Source: Candidatus Latescibacterota bacterium (GTDB taxonomy: Bacteria > Krumholzibacteriota > Krumholzibacteriia > WVZY01). Taken from it: a stretch of DNA of 64,000 nucleotides. Within the stretch, counting starts at the first letter, position 1, and each line of letters opens with the position of its first letter. The stretch covers positions 96,001-160,000 of the forward strand of contig CAWBQK010000018.1 in the NCBI GenBank assembly GCA_963791045.1, given 5' to 3'. Of this stretch, positions 1-8,776 are shown one piece after another. The translations under genes were made by a program, and so were the position numbers. Below the pieces are notes generated by a model. It worked only from the letters and a program-made list of their open reading frames with translations, was not told the DNA's origin and searched no databases.

Positions 1-2
1 AC

Positions 3-182
3 ATTCCCGCGGCCGTCCTGACCGATATTCAACTGGCGTCTTTGCGCCCGGACTACTTGATTCGTCCAGAACTTGACCCCGACTTGAAGCTCGAGGATTT
101 CAGGCGGATCGATGAAGCGGTGGATGCCGGATATGAGGCGGCCGTCGCGGTCCTCGATTCGCGCCCTCCGGGCAACGGCTGA
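3..182 (+). CDS. 3' end of probable patatin-like phospholipase (partial, runs off window start)
   Basis: Manual translation from base 3 gives IPAAVLTDIQLASLRPDYLIRPELDPDLKLEDFRRIDEAVDAGYEAAVAVL...NG*. The PDxLIRP...DF.RIDEA...GYEAA pattern resembles C-termini of RssA/patatin proteins. Confidence 0.5.
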   Translation: MPAAVLTDIQLASLRPDYLIRPELDPDLKLEDFRRIDEAVDAGYEAAVAVLDSRPPGNG

Positions 183-435
183 GCCGTCGATCGATGTGTT
201 CAGGCCATGTGTCCTTCGCCACCTCCTGTTGCGCTGAGCCTATCACCATAATTTGCTCATTGGCGGGTGTTTAAAGCATTTTTGCGCGCAACGGCCGGGG
301 GTTTTTGTGGCGGCCCCGGTCGTGTTTGCGGTAGAATTTCCACCTGCACTCTACTGTCTGTCTCAGGTCAATCGAATCGTCTGGACACTGGGGAAACGGT
401 GACTCAACACCGTCCCCGCAAGGAGGAGTTTCTTT

Positions 436-1764
436 ATGCGAATGCTCATGTTGTCGCTGTTCGTTGTGGCGGCCCTGGGATCATCCGTCGCGGCGGAAGA
501 TTTCTTCCCGTTTGCGTTTGAGAACTATACGCTGGACAACGGGTTTAAGACCGTGCTGATTCCCGTCAAGGGAAGCGGTCTGGTTGCTTACTATACTGTT
601 GTGCGCACCGGAAGCCGTGATGAAGTCGAAGCGGGCAAGACCGGGTTCGCCCACTTTTTTGAACACATGATGTTTCGCGGGACGGAAAAGTACCCCGCGG
701 ATGTGTACAACCGGCTGGTGAGCGAGATTGGGGCCGACGCCAACGCGTACACCAGCGACGATATCACCTGCTACTACATGGTGATTCCCAGCAAGCAGCT
801 CAAGACGGCGATGGACCTCGAAAGCGACCGTTTCCAGAATCTCCACTACGAGGAAGGCCCGTTCAGAACCGAAGCGGGCGCAGTGTACGGGGAGTACCGT
901 AAGAATCTCACGAGCCCGTTCCGTGTGGCCTACGAAAAAATGCTCGATACGGCTTTCGATGTACACACATACAAACATACGACGATGGGGTTCGAAGCGG
1001 ACATCAAACAGATGCCCGAGCAGTATGAATTCAGCAAAGAATTCTTCAACCGCTTTTATCGGCCGGAAAACTGCGTTCTTCTCCTCGTTGGTGATTTCGA
1101 CCCGGCGACGGTCAAGCCGATGATCAAGAATTATTACGGCGCATGGGAACGCGGTTATGAAGCTCCCGTCGTCAAGCCCGAGCCGCCGCAGACCGGCGAA
1201 CGATCGGTGGACGTTGCCTACAGCGGACGCACGCTTCCATTGGTGTGGATGGCGTACAAGGGAGACGCGTTCGATCCCGCCGACAAGATGGTCGTTTCGG
1301 CGTTCCTGCTCGCCGATCTTGCCTACGGCGAGAACAGCGATCTGTACAAGCGGCTAGTGATCCGTGAGCAGAAGGTCCAGTGGGTGGCCGGTGATTTTGG
1401 TTTCAGCCGTGATCCCAAACTCTACGATGTCTACACACGGGTGAATGACGAAGCGGATATCTCATACGTGGTCGATGAAATCGACAAAACCGCGGAGAAA
1501 TTCAAAACGGATCTCGTGACCGTAGAGGATCTCGAGAACATCAAGAAGAGGACGCGTTACAGCTACCTGATGGCCCTGGATACGCCGGATAACGTCGCAT
1601 CGAGACTGGCGCGGATGGTCGCGCTGACCGGCGGGATCGAGGCTGTTAATACGCTGTACGAGACGATGTCGACGATCGGTCCGGAAGACATCCGGGACGC
1701 GGCGAACAAATATCTCCAGAAAGACCGTCGAACCGTCCTGGTTCTGAAAGGAGAGCAGTCATGA
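436..1764 (+). CDS. M16B (pitrilysin/insulinase family) zinc peptidase, catalytic subunit, exported
   Basis: Inverted zinc motif HFFEH in GFAHFFEHMMFRGT, NAYTS motif, signal peptide, AAGGAGGAG RBS. Confidence 0.93.
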   Translation: MRMLMLSLFVVAALGSSVAAEDFFPFAFENYTLDNGFKTVLIPVKGSGLVAYYTVVRTGSRDEVEAGKTGFAHFFEHMMFRGTEKYPADVYNRLVSEIGADANAYTSDDITCYYMVIPSKQLKTAMDLESDRFQNLHYEEGPFRTEAGAVYGEYRKNLTSPFRVAYEKMLDTAFDVHTYKHTTMGFEADIKQMPEQYEFSKEFFNRFYRPENCVLLLVGDFDPATVKPMIKNYYGAWERGYEAPVVKPEPPQTGERSVDVAYSGRTLPLVWMAYKGDAFDPADKMVVSAFLLADLAYGENSDLYKRLVIREQKVQWVAGDFGFSRDPKLYDVYTRVNDEADISYVVDEIDKTAEKFKTDLVTVEDLENIKKRTRYSYLMALDTPDNVASRLARMVALTGGIEAVNTLYETMSTIGPEDIRDAANKYLQKDRRTVLVLKGEQS

Positions 1765-3257
1765 GAACACTTATCTACGCTTTTTGTGCCTGCGCATTTT
1801 TGATAGGCGCCACGACGGTGACGGCGAAGGACAACATCGTTCTGATGCCCGTGGCCGACGATCCGACCGTTTCGTTCCGCATCCTTTTTAACGTCGGCTC
1901 GCAGAATGATCCCGACGGCAAGGAAGGGCTTGCCGCCCTTACCGCGTCCCTGATCACGGAGGGATCGACGACGAGGCATTCGTACGAAGAAGTCACAGCG
2001 CTCCTTTATCCGATGGCAGCGTCGATCTCCGACCAGGTGGATAAGGAGATGACCGTGTTTTCGGGGCGGACTCATGTGGACAACCTGGATGCCTACTATG
2101 CGCTTTTCAAGGAAGTCCTTCTCGAGCCCGCATTCAGCGAGGATGATTTCAAACGGGTCAAGAATGACTATCTCAATTATATAAAGACGACGATCCGCTA
2201 CTCGCAGGACGAAGAACTTGGCAAAGAGGTTCTCTACGAGTTCGTTTTCAACGGAACGCCGTACCAGCACAACGAAGAGGGTTGGGTCAAGAGCCTCGAG
2301 TCCATCACTCTCGACGATGTGAAATCGTTTTATGCGGCGAATTATTCGCAGGCCAATCTCGTCATCGGTTTGGGAGGCGGTTTTGACAAGAAATTCGCCA
2401 AAACGATAGCCAGTGATTTTGGCGCCCTTCCGAAGGGACAGGCAGCAAAGCTCTCCGCGCCGGCTGCGCCCGCAATCAGCGGACTCGAGATCGAGATTGT
2501 TGAGAAGGACGCCCAGTCGACGGCGATCAGCTTTGGTTTCCCGATCGGCGTGGCCCGCGGCGAAAAGGACTTCTATGCGCTCGCGTTTGCAACCGCATGG
2601 CTTGGCGAGCACAGGAACAGCTTTTCGCACCTGTATCAGGTTATAAGGGAAGCCCGCGGGCTGAACTACGGGGACTACGCTTATATCGAGCATTTTCCCC
2701 GCGGTTACCGCAGACAGTTTCCGCCGGCCAATGTCGCGCGGAGCAGCCAGATATTCCAGGTGTGGCTCCGCCCCGTGCCGAACGACGCGCGTGTGTTCGC
2801 CTTCCGCGCGGCTGTGCGTGAGCTCGAGAGTCTTATAAATGATGGAATGTCGCAGGAAGATTTCGATTTGACGAAGAAATTCCTGAAGGGGTACATCCTC
2901 CATTACGCGCCGACCACAAGCATGAAGCTTGGTTACGCGCTCGACGACCGGTATTACGGAATTAAAAATGGGCACTGGGCCACATATGCGAAGATGCTTG
3001 ACGAGCTGACGCGCGATGACATAAACGCGGCGCTCAAAAAGCACCTTAGTTTCGAAAACATGAAAGTGGTGTTTATCACCGCCGACGCCGAGGGTCTCAA
3101 GAAAACACTCGTGTCCAATGAGCCGTCGCCGATAACGTACCCATCCGAGAAACCCGCGGAAGTTCTTGAGGAGGACAAGATCATTTCCACCTACCCTCTG
3201 GTTATCAAGCCCGAGAAGGTGAGAATCAGGAAGATCGAGGAAGTATTCGAGGGGTAG
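1761..3257 (+). CDS. M16B peptidase, non-catalytic partner subunit, exported
   Basis: M16 fold motifs (GSQNDP..GLAALTA) without HxxEH, retains the substrate-binding R/Y pair (IREARGLNY), signal peptide, 4-nt ATGA overlap with the catalytic subunit. Confidence 0.88.
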   Translation: MRTLIYAFCACAFLIGATTVTAKDNIVLMPVADDPTVSFRILFNVGSQNDPDGKEGLAALTASLITEGSTTRHSYEEVTALLYPMAASISDQVDKEMTVFSGRTHVDNLDAYYALFKEVLLEPAFSEDDFKRVKNDYLNYIKTTIRYSQDEELGKEVLYEFVFNGTPYQHNEEGWVKSLESITLDDVKSFYAANYSQANLVIGLGGGFDKKFAKTIASDFGALPKGQAAKLSAPAAPAISGLEIEIVEKDAQSTAISFGFPIGVARGEKDFYALAFATAWLGEHRNSFSHLYQVIREARGLNYGDYAYIEHFPRGYRRQFPPANVARSSQIFQVWLRPVPNDARVFAFRAAVRELESLINDGMSQEDFDLTKKFLKGYILHYAPTTSMKLGYALDDRYYGIKNGHWATYAKMLDELTRDDINAALKKHLSFENMKVVFITADAEGLKKTLVSNEPSPITYPSEKPAEVLEEDKIISTYPLVIKPEKVRIRKIEEVFEG

Positions 3258-3296
3258 CTGCCGTCTCGGCAGAGGATTGTCCTTGTGGTCATCGAC

Positions 3297-3336
3297 AAAA
3301 CGACCGCCGGACCCATATGGCTCCGGCGGTCGTTTT
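3297..3336. terminator. Bidirectional intrinsic terminator
   Basis: Perfect 15-bp inverted repeat AAAACGACCGCCGGA / TCCGGCGGTCGTTTT between convergent genes. Confidence 0.8.
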
Positions 3337-3382
3337 CTGTTCAGCGAGTCAGTTTCTGGTTTCCCTCACGGGTCTGCCCGCG

Positions 3383-5782
3383 CTATTTGAGCATCACCGC
3401 CTTGCGGGTCATTTCAAATGTTGCCGCTTTGACTTGAATCAGATAGATGCCGGTTGCGATCTCGATGCCGTGCTGATCCCTTCCGTCCCACGCGAGCTGA
3501 TGCAGGCCTTCCGAAAGGGAGCCGTTTTCAAGTTCCCGAACAAGTGTGCCGCGCACATCGTAAACACGGACACTCACGGTCTGTCGGGCAGAAAGCTCGA
3601 AAGACACGGTTGTTGTCGGGTTGAATGGATTCGGGTAGACCGAGAGATTTGCCGGAACCGCCACGGGTCGGTCATTGGCATCATTACCGCCCCCCAACTG
3701 TATCTGAATCGATCCGTCGACGATTGCCACCGGCGTGCCGAGTTCGAAGATATTCGCGACGAGATATTCGGCGCCGTCCCTCGTTTCAAAATGGAGCCCG
3801 ATGGGGCCGTGGGGACTGCGTTTCTTGATCTTGTCTTTGCCTGAATTGTCGACGCTCATCACGGAGCGTATAGCCTCGAGATCGGCGACATCGTAGAAAA
3901 CGGCAAGATCTTCGAGCCCGTCACCATTGATGTCGATCTCGCGACTATCGATCGGCCGGATCGTTCCTAGCCCGTTTCCGACATAGATGTGATGAAGGTC
4001 AATCTCGGTCGCCTTAAAGCCGTCGCGGGTGACGACAAATGTCCGATTATCGCCCACTTCGATGATTCCCAGTTGGCTTGGAATCACCACGGCAAACGAT
4101 TCGCTGGCGCCATCCAGCTCTGATCCATCACTTGAATAGCCGCCGGAGCAGAATGCGATTCCCGAATGGTCGTGGGGAACGCGTACCGCCACGGTCATTG
4201 TCGACGAGTTGCCGGAAGCGTCCGTGGCCACATAAACGACGTGGTATTCCCGTCCGAATGAGTTGCCTTTCCGTTCGGCTCGAAGGCTGAAACACAGGTC
4301 GTCCGTACCAAAGTTCGCATTCTGAATATCATCGACGGTGTTGCCGTCGCCTGTGCCGTTGTCCGGTTCGTTGCTCGTGATGGAAGCCAACACGAATGTG
4401 GGCGCCGGATCGGAGTTGTCGGTCACCACTACCGTTGCGCATACCTCCACCATCTTGTGGTTCGGCGGCCACAGCACGGTTCGATCCAGGTCAACCGTAA
4501 TTACCGGTGGCGTCGTATCGGCTACAGGCTGGTTTTCAGCATTAGGCGTGTTGTAGGCCTCACCGTATTCCGGCGTTCCGATGAAGCCGGGCAGCCCTTC
4601 GCCGTCATAGTCGTTCCGGACCCAGTCGGCTACGGAGTCGGTGTCGGTTCCATTGGGAATCCGTGATGCGCCGCCCGGCGTGTATGTTCCACCGTCAAAA
4701 TCCGCCGTGAGCGCGACGGGCGAATACACCCAGTCGGTTGGACCTCCATTCAGTATACCGACGCTATCGACAATGCGACTGAACGGGAGTTCCTCAGGAA
4801 TTCCATCGTTGTTGGGATCGAGGTCCTGCCCCACAAAACCGACGAAATTCTCGACGACAAGCAGTGTCATCGTTCCGTTTTCGATAACGTTGTTGAAGTA
4901 ACCGATGGTCCAAAATCCGTCCGCATTCGTCATTCCAAGACGATGAACATAATCGATCCGCCCCGCGTTCAGGCCATCGCCTTCAATTTCGATAAGGTAG
5001 AAGCTGGTGTAAATGGTGTTCGGCTCTCCGAATATTTCGATGAACTCGTGGGTATCGATCCCCGTATGGTTCGCGACGAACTCATTGATAATCGGGTCCG
5101 GCGTCGGAATGACCGGTTGGTTGGTGTTGCCCGGTGTGTTGAGAGCTTCGCCGACCGATGGTGTGCCCGCAAAGCCCGGCAGCCCATCACCGTCGAAATC
5201 GTTGCGCATCCAATCGCTGACCCCGTCGGTATCCGTGGCGTCCGGAATTCTCGAGGCACCGCCACAGGTATACGAAATCCCATCGAAGCCCGGGGCAAGC
5301 GTTGTCGCGGCGTACGTACGGTCGCTCGACCCTCCGTCACTCACGGCTATATCGTCGAACACCATGAGCCACGGCGTCGTGTCAAAAGTGCCGTCATTGT
5401 CGGTGTCGAGATCGTCCCCAACGTTACCGGTAAAATTGTACACCAGAAGCAGCGTGACCGTACCATTCTCGACAATGTTGTTGAAAAATCCGGTCGTCCA
5501 GTATCCGTTGGCGTCGGTTGTTCCAACGGGGAAAACACCGTCGATCGTTCCGGCAACGGTGGCGTCACCATCGATTTCGAGGATTGTGAGATCCGACAAG
5601 TCGGTGTTCGGGTCGCCCCACACCTCGACAAATTCGTGCGAGTCGGTGCCCGTGTGGTTGAACACAAACTCGTTTATCAAAGCATTTATAGATGACATGG
5701 CTGGAGCTGGCTGCCAGAGTGACAGACAGACGACGGCCGCCACGAGACAAAAATGAGCCAGACTGGCCGAAAGCCTGTTCAT
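3383..5782 (-). CDS. Secreted multidomain protein: two lamin-tail-like domains, LWPPNH Ig-like domain, FlgD/T9SS-like C-terminal domain
   Basis: Start reassigned to MNRLSASLAHF at 5782 (AAGGGGG RBS, signal peptide). Two INEF..NHTG.D.HEF.E repeats, LWPPNHKMV motif, DINGDGLEDL Ca-binding-like loop, VYPNPFNPTTT...TRKAVMLK tail. Confidence 0.8.
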   Translation of the reverse strand: MNRLSASLAHFCLVAAVVCLSLWQPAPAMSSINALINEFVFNHTGTDSHEFVEVWGDPNTDLSDLTILEIDGDATVAGTIDGVFPVGTTDANGYWTTGFFNNIVENGTVTLLLVYNFTGNVGDDLDTDNDGTFDTTPWLMVFDDIAVSDGGSSDRTYAATTLAPGFDGISYTCGGASRIPDATDTDGVSDWMRNDFDGDGLPGFAGTPSVGEALNTPGNTNQPVIPTPDPIINEFVANHTGIDTHEFIEIFGEPNTIYTSFYLIEIEGDGLNAGRIDYVHRLGMTNADGFWTIGYFNNVIENGTMTLLVVENFVGFVGQDLDPNNDGIPEELPFSRIVDSVGILNGGPTDWVYSPVALTADFDGGTYTPGGASRIPNGTDTDSVADWVRNDYDGEGLPGFIGTPEYGEAYNTPNAENQPVADTTPPVITVDLDRTVLWPPNHKMVEVCATVVVTDNSDPAPTFVLASITSNEPDNGTGDGNTVDDIQNANFGTDDLCFSLRAERKGNSFGREYHVVYVATDASGNSSTMTVAVRVPHDHSGIAFCSGGYSSDGSELDGASESFAVVIPSQLGIIEVGDNRTFVVTRDGFKATEIDLHHIYVGNGLGTIRPIDSREIDINGDGLEDLAVFYDVADLEAIRSVMSVDNSGKDKIKKRSPHGPIGLHFETRDGAEYLVANIFELGTPVAIVDGSIQIQLGGGNDANDRPVAVPANLSVYPNPFNPTTTVSFELSARQTVSVRVYDVRGTLVRELENGSLSEGLHQLAWDGRDQHGIEIATGIYLIQVKAATFEMTRKAVMLK
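4522..5677 (-). repeat. Tandem duplication of a ~196-aa lamin-tail-like domain within the CDS
   Basis: INEFVFNHTGTDSHEFVE...GGASRIPDATDTD...ALNTPG and INEFVANHTGIDTHEFIE...GGASRIPNGTDTD...AYNTPN, 588-nt period. Confidence 0.8.
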
Positions 5783-6091
5783 ACAAGTCCCCCTTTTGAA
5801 AAAAAACACAATCGCGATGACGGACAGGTTTGTCCGAATGTCAGGAATGAGAGAGATGAGGTTTGATCGATGGATGCTGCGCCAGTGGCGATTAGTATAC
5901 GCTAAATTGCTTGTATTTTCAAGGAGTATGAACGGTTTAGGCAGGCCAAAGTCGGTTTGAAAGCGAGGTGTTGACGGCGAAACTGGCGGCGTGCAATTTT
6001 GACCAAAGTTCGATACAATTCGGTGCATGGCGAAATGTTGGGGGCAGCCACGAGGAAACTGCGGCCGAATGAAATGCACAAAGGAGCGGGT

Positions 6092-7030
6092 ATGAACAGA
6101 ACGGGTCGAGAGTCCGCCGGACGGTGGGGAAGAATCGCCGTCGCGTTTGTCTTCTGGATCGTCATGGCATCTGCTGTATGGGCGGCCGAAGAGGCCGCAG
6201 GGAACAAACCACCGGGTGTCATGGACATCCTTCTCCTCCCCCGGGTGTGGGTTGGGATCGTCTTTTGTGTGATAGGCCTGGTGTTGTTGATTTCGTCGAA
6301 AGCGACCCGGGGGGTTCGTCTGGCGATATTGCCGATTATCTTCTTTGTGTTTGGCGTACTCGCGATTCTTCCCCTCGGTAGTTTTGCCCGCGGAATGGGT
6401 CTCCACCCCAGTCCCGTGTGCGCGATAACGCGCCCATTTCAATTTGTCTATAATGACAGGTCGATTCCCGTAATGTTTTTTGCCATCCTGGGCGTGATCG
6501 GGGTGTTGTCGATTGCGGGAAACAAGTTGTTTTGTGGTTGGGTGTGTCCGCTCGGGGCTATCCAGGAGATCTTCCACCGCATACCGGTGCCGAAGCGTTT
6601 CAAAGTAATCCTTCCGTTCAGGGCGACCAACGCGATCAGAGTGCTTGTGTTTGCCGTGTTTCTCGTCGTTGTTTTTGTCGGCGGAACGAGTATTTATGAC
6701 TACTTCAACCCGTTCGAGTTTTTCCACTGGTCGTTCGAACTGGTCGCTGGCATAGCGCTCTTCGTTGCGTTGCTGATTTCGCTCGCCGTGTTCAGGCCGT
6801 TCTGCTATCTCGTGTGTCCGATCGGACTCGCGACATGGATCCTCGAACATTTTTCGATTGTGAGAATTCGCCTGGATAAGGACGCGTGCACGGATTGCGA
6901 TGTGTGCGTCAAGAAGGGGCCGTGCCCGGCCATCAAGCCGATTCTCGAGGGCAAGAGATCTCGCCCCGATTGTCACGCGTGCGGCGATTGCATCTCGATA
7001 TGCCCCAAGGGCGCTCTGAAATTCAAATAG
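6092..7030 (+). CDS. Membrane 4Fe-4S binding protein (NapH/MauN/YccM-like polyferredoxin)
   Basis: FCGWVCPLG and FCYLVCPIG motifs, several TM helices, CTDCDVC and CHACGDCISICP ferredoxin motifs, AAGGAG RBS before ATG 6092. Confidence 0.88.
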   Translation: MNRTGRESAGRWGRIAVAFVFWIVMASAVWAAEEAAGNKPPGVMDILLLPRVWVGIVFCVIGLVLLISSKATRGVRLAILPIIFFVFGVLAILPLGSFARGMGLHPSPVCAITRPFQFVYNDRSIPVMFFAILGVIGVLSIAGNKLFCGWVCPLGAIQEIFHRIPVPKRFKVILPFRATNAIRVLVFAVFLVVVFVGGTSIYDYFNPFEFFHWSFELVAGIALFVALLISLAVFRPFCYLVCPIGLATWILEHFSIVRIRLDKDACTDCDVCVKKGPCPAIKPILEGKRSRPDCHACGDCISICPKGALKFK

Positions 7031-7094
7031 GCGGCAACCCGTTGGCGCCGACGTTCACGTGTCGTTCGCCACGAGCAAAAGGGAGAGGATTGTC

Positions 7095-8567
7095 TTGAGC
7101 AATTCGGTGGCTATATCCGCATTGATGGACGAGAGCGGTGTCAAGTTCGGCACCAGCGGCGCGCGAGGGCTTGTGACGGACATGACCGATGCGGTGTGTT
7201 ACGCGTACACACTGGGTTTTCTCAAATATCTCGAGGGTGTGGGGGAGCTCCCGCGAAAGGACAGGCGCGTGGCCATCGCCGGCGATAATCGCAACAGCAC
7301 CGACCGTATCATGACGGCCGCTTCGCGGGCAGTCCTCGATGGCGGATATCAACCCGTCAATTGCGGCAAGATACCGTCTCCCGCCGTTGCGCTTCTTGGC
7401 ATGCGGGAAGGAATCCCCGCGGTCATGGTGACGGGGAGCCACATACCCGATGACAGGAACGGAATCAAGTACAACAAGGCTACCGGTGAGATACTCAAAA
7501 AGGACGAAAAAGGGATAAAGGAGCAGACGGTAACGCTACCTGAGCTTTTTGACGATGCGGGCATGTTTAAGGATCAACAATCGCTCCCGCCGGTTGACGG
7601 CGAAGCCGCCGAAATCTATGTGAAACGATGGCTCGATGCCTTTGGCCGCGGCTGCCTGGCGGGAAAGCACATCGGGCTCTACGAACACTCGGCTGTCGGC
7701 AGGGATCTTCTGTATGAAATCTACACCGGCCTCGGCGCCGAGGTCACACGCCTTGCGCGTTCGGAAGCGTTCATTCCAGTCGATACCGAGGCAATCCGTC
7801 CCGAAGATGTCCGCCTCGCGCAAGAGTGGGCGAAGGAGTACGAGTTCGACACGATAGTATCGACGGACGGCGACAGCGATCGGCCGCTCATGAGCGACGA
7901 GAAGGGTCAATGGCTGCGTGGGGATGTGGCGGGGATCGTGACGGCGAAGTTTCTTGGAGCCGATATTGTCGTGACTCCCGTGAGTTGTAACACGGCGGTG
8001 GAAAAGAGTGGGTATTTCGAGCGGGTGCACCGGACGCGAATCGGTTCACCGTTTGTAATCGAACAGATGCTTGCCGCGGTGGAGGAAGGTGGTCGTTGCG
8101 TTGTCGGCTATGAGGCCAACGGTGGGTTTCTCACAGCCTCACCGGTAACGCTCGACGGCGGTGTGCTGGACCCGCTGCCCACGCGCGATCCCGTGATCGT
8201 TCACCTCGGAATTCTGATCCAGTCCATCCGCGAAAATGTTTCCGTGTCGCGGTTGTTCGAATCGCTTCCGCAGCGTTTCACGGCGAGCGGTCGCCTGAAG
8301 GAATTTCCCGTCGAAAAAAGCAAGACGCGTATCGCCGAATTGATCGCCGCGGGCAAAGAGGGGATCGGGGAAACGTTCCCCGCATTCGGAAATGTCAAAC
8401 ACACGGATACGACCGACGGACTCAGGATCACCTTCGAGAACGACGAGATTCTCCACCTGCGCCCATCGGGGAACGCGCCCGAATTGAGGTGCTACACGGA
8501 AGCGTCGACTGAGAAGCGGGCGTGGGAAATCAACGAGATGGGCGTGAAAGTGCTCCGGACGTGGTAG
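7095..8567 (+). CDS. manB: Phosphomannomutase (alpha-D-phosphohexomutase)
   Basis: KFGTSGARG, catalytic TGSHIP, metal loop DGDSDRP, GYEANGG, HLRPSGNAPELRCY. TTG start after GGAGAGG. Confidence 0.88.
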   Translation: MSNSVAISALMDESGVKFGTSGARGLVTDMTDAVCYAYTLGFLKYLEGVGELPRKDRRVAIAGDNRNSTDRIMTAASRAVLDGGYQPVNCGKIPSPAVALLGMREGIPAVMVTGSHIPDDRNGIKYNKATGEILKKDEKGIKEQTVTLPELFDDAGMFKDQQSLPPVDGEAAEIYVKRWLDAFGRGCLAGKHIGLYEHSAVGRDLLYEIYTGLGAEVTRLARSEAFIPVDTEAIRPEDVRLAQEWAKEYEFDTIVSTDGDSDRPLMSDEKGQWLRGDVAGIVTAKFLGADIVVTPVSCNTAVEKSGYFERVHRTRIGSPFVIEQMLAAVEEGGRCVVGYEANGGFLTASPVTLDGGVLDPLPTRDPVIVHLGILIQSIRENVSVSRLFESLPQRFTASGRLKEFPVEKSKTRIAELIAAGKEGIGETFPAFGNVKHTDTTDGLRITFENDEILHLRPSGNAPELRCYTEASTEKRAWEINEMGVKVLRTW

Positions 8568-8649
8568 CCAGTCTGTTGCCGTATCGCACATAATAACAAA
8601 GCTATAGGGGTATTAGTTCGAGTTCTGCTTCTGCTTCTCTCGAAGAGGA

Positions 8650-8760
8650 CGGTGCGGGCTTTCGAAAGGCCCTTTCGCGGGAGCGAGCGAGAATCCACCG
8701 TCGGCGTAGCCGGCGGTTAGTCGAGCGAAGCGGAGCGAGGGCCAGAGAAAGATCGCACCG
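8650..8760. repeat. Nested palindromic element (REP/MITE-like or structured RNA)
   Basis: Outer arms CGGTGCGGGCTTTC / GAAAGATCGCACCG, then GGCCCT / AGGGCC, inner ACCGTCGGC-GTA-GCCGGCGGT hairpin, and GCGAGC/GCGAAGC mini-hairpin motifs on both arms. Confidence 0.5.
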
Positions 8761-8776
8761 GTCGACCCGCGCCGAA

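Noticed and set aside
1-10. ACATTCCCGC matches the 3' end of selC (62880-62889), suggesting an att site
   Set aside because: Only 10 bp is visible, it lies inside a coding frame, there is no integrase, and the intervening DNA is housekeeping.
1563-3044. 493-aa minus-strand ORF and the many similar antisense ORFs in the track
   Set aside because: These are shadow frames of well-supported genes in GC-rich DNA, with no motifs.
436-3257. Second M16 gene lacking the zinc motif as a novel pseudoenzyme
   Set aside because: Active/inactive M16B heterodimers are well described.
5783-6976. N-terminal 398 aa of the 1197-aa minus-strand ORF
   Set aside because: It is an antisense shadow of the 4Fe-4S membrane gene. 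The RBS and signal peptide place the real start at 5782.
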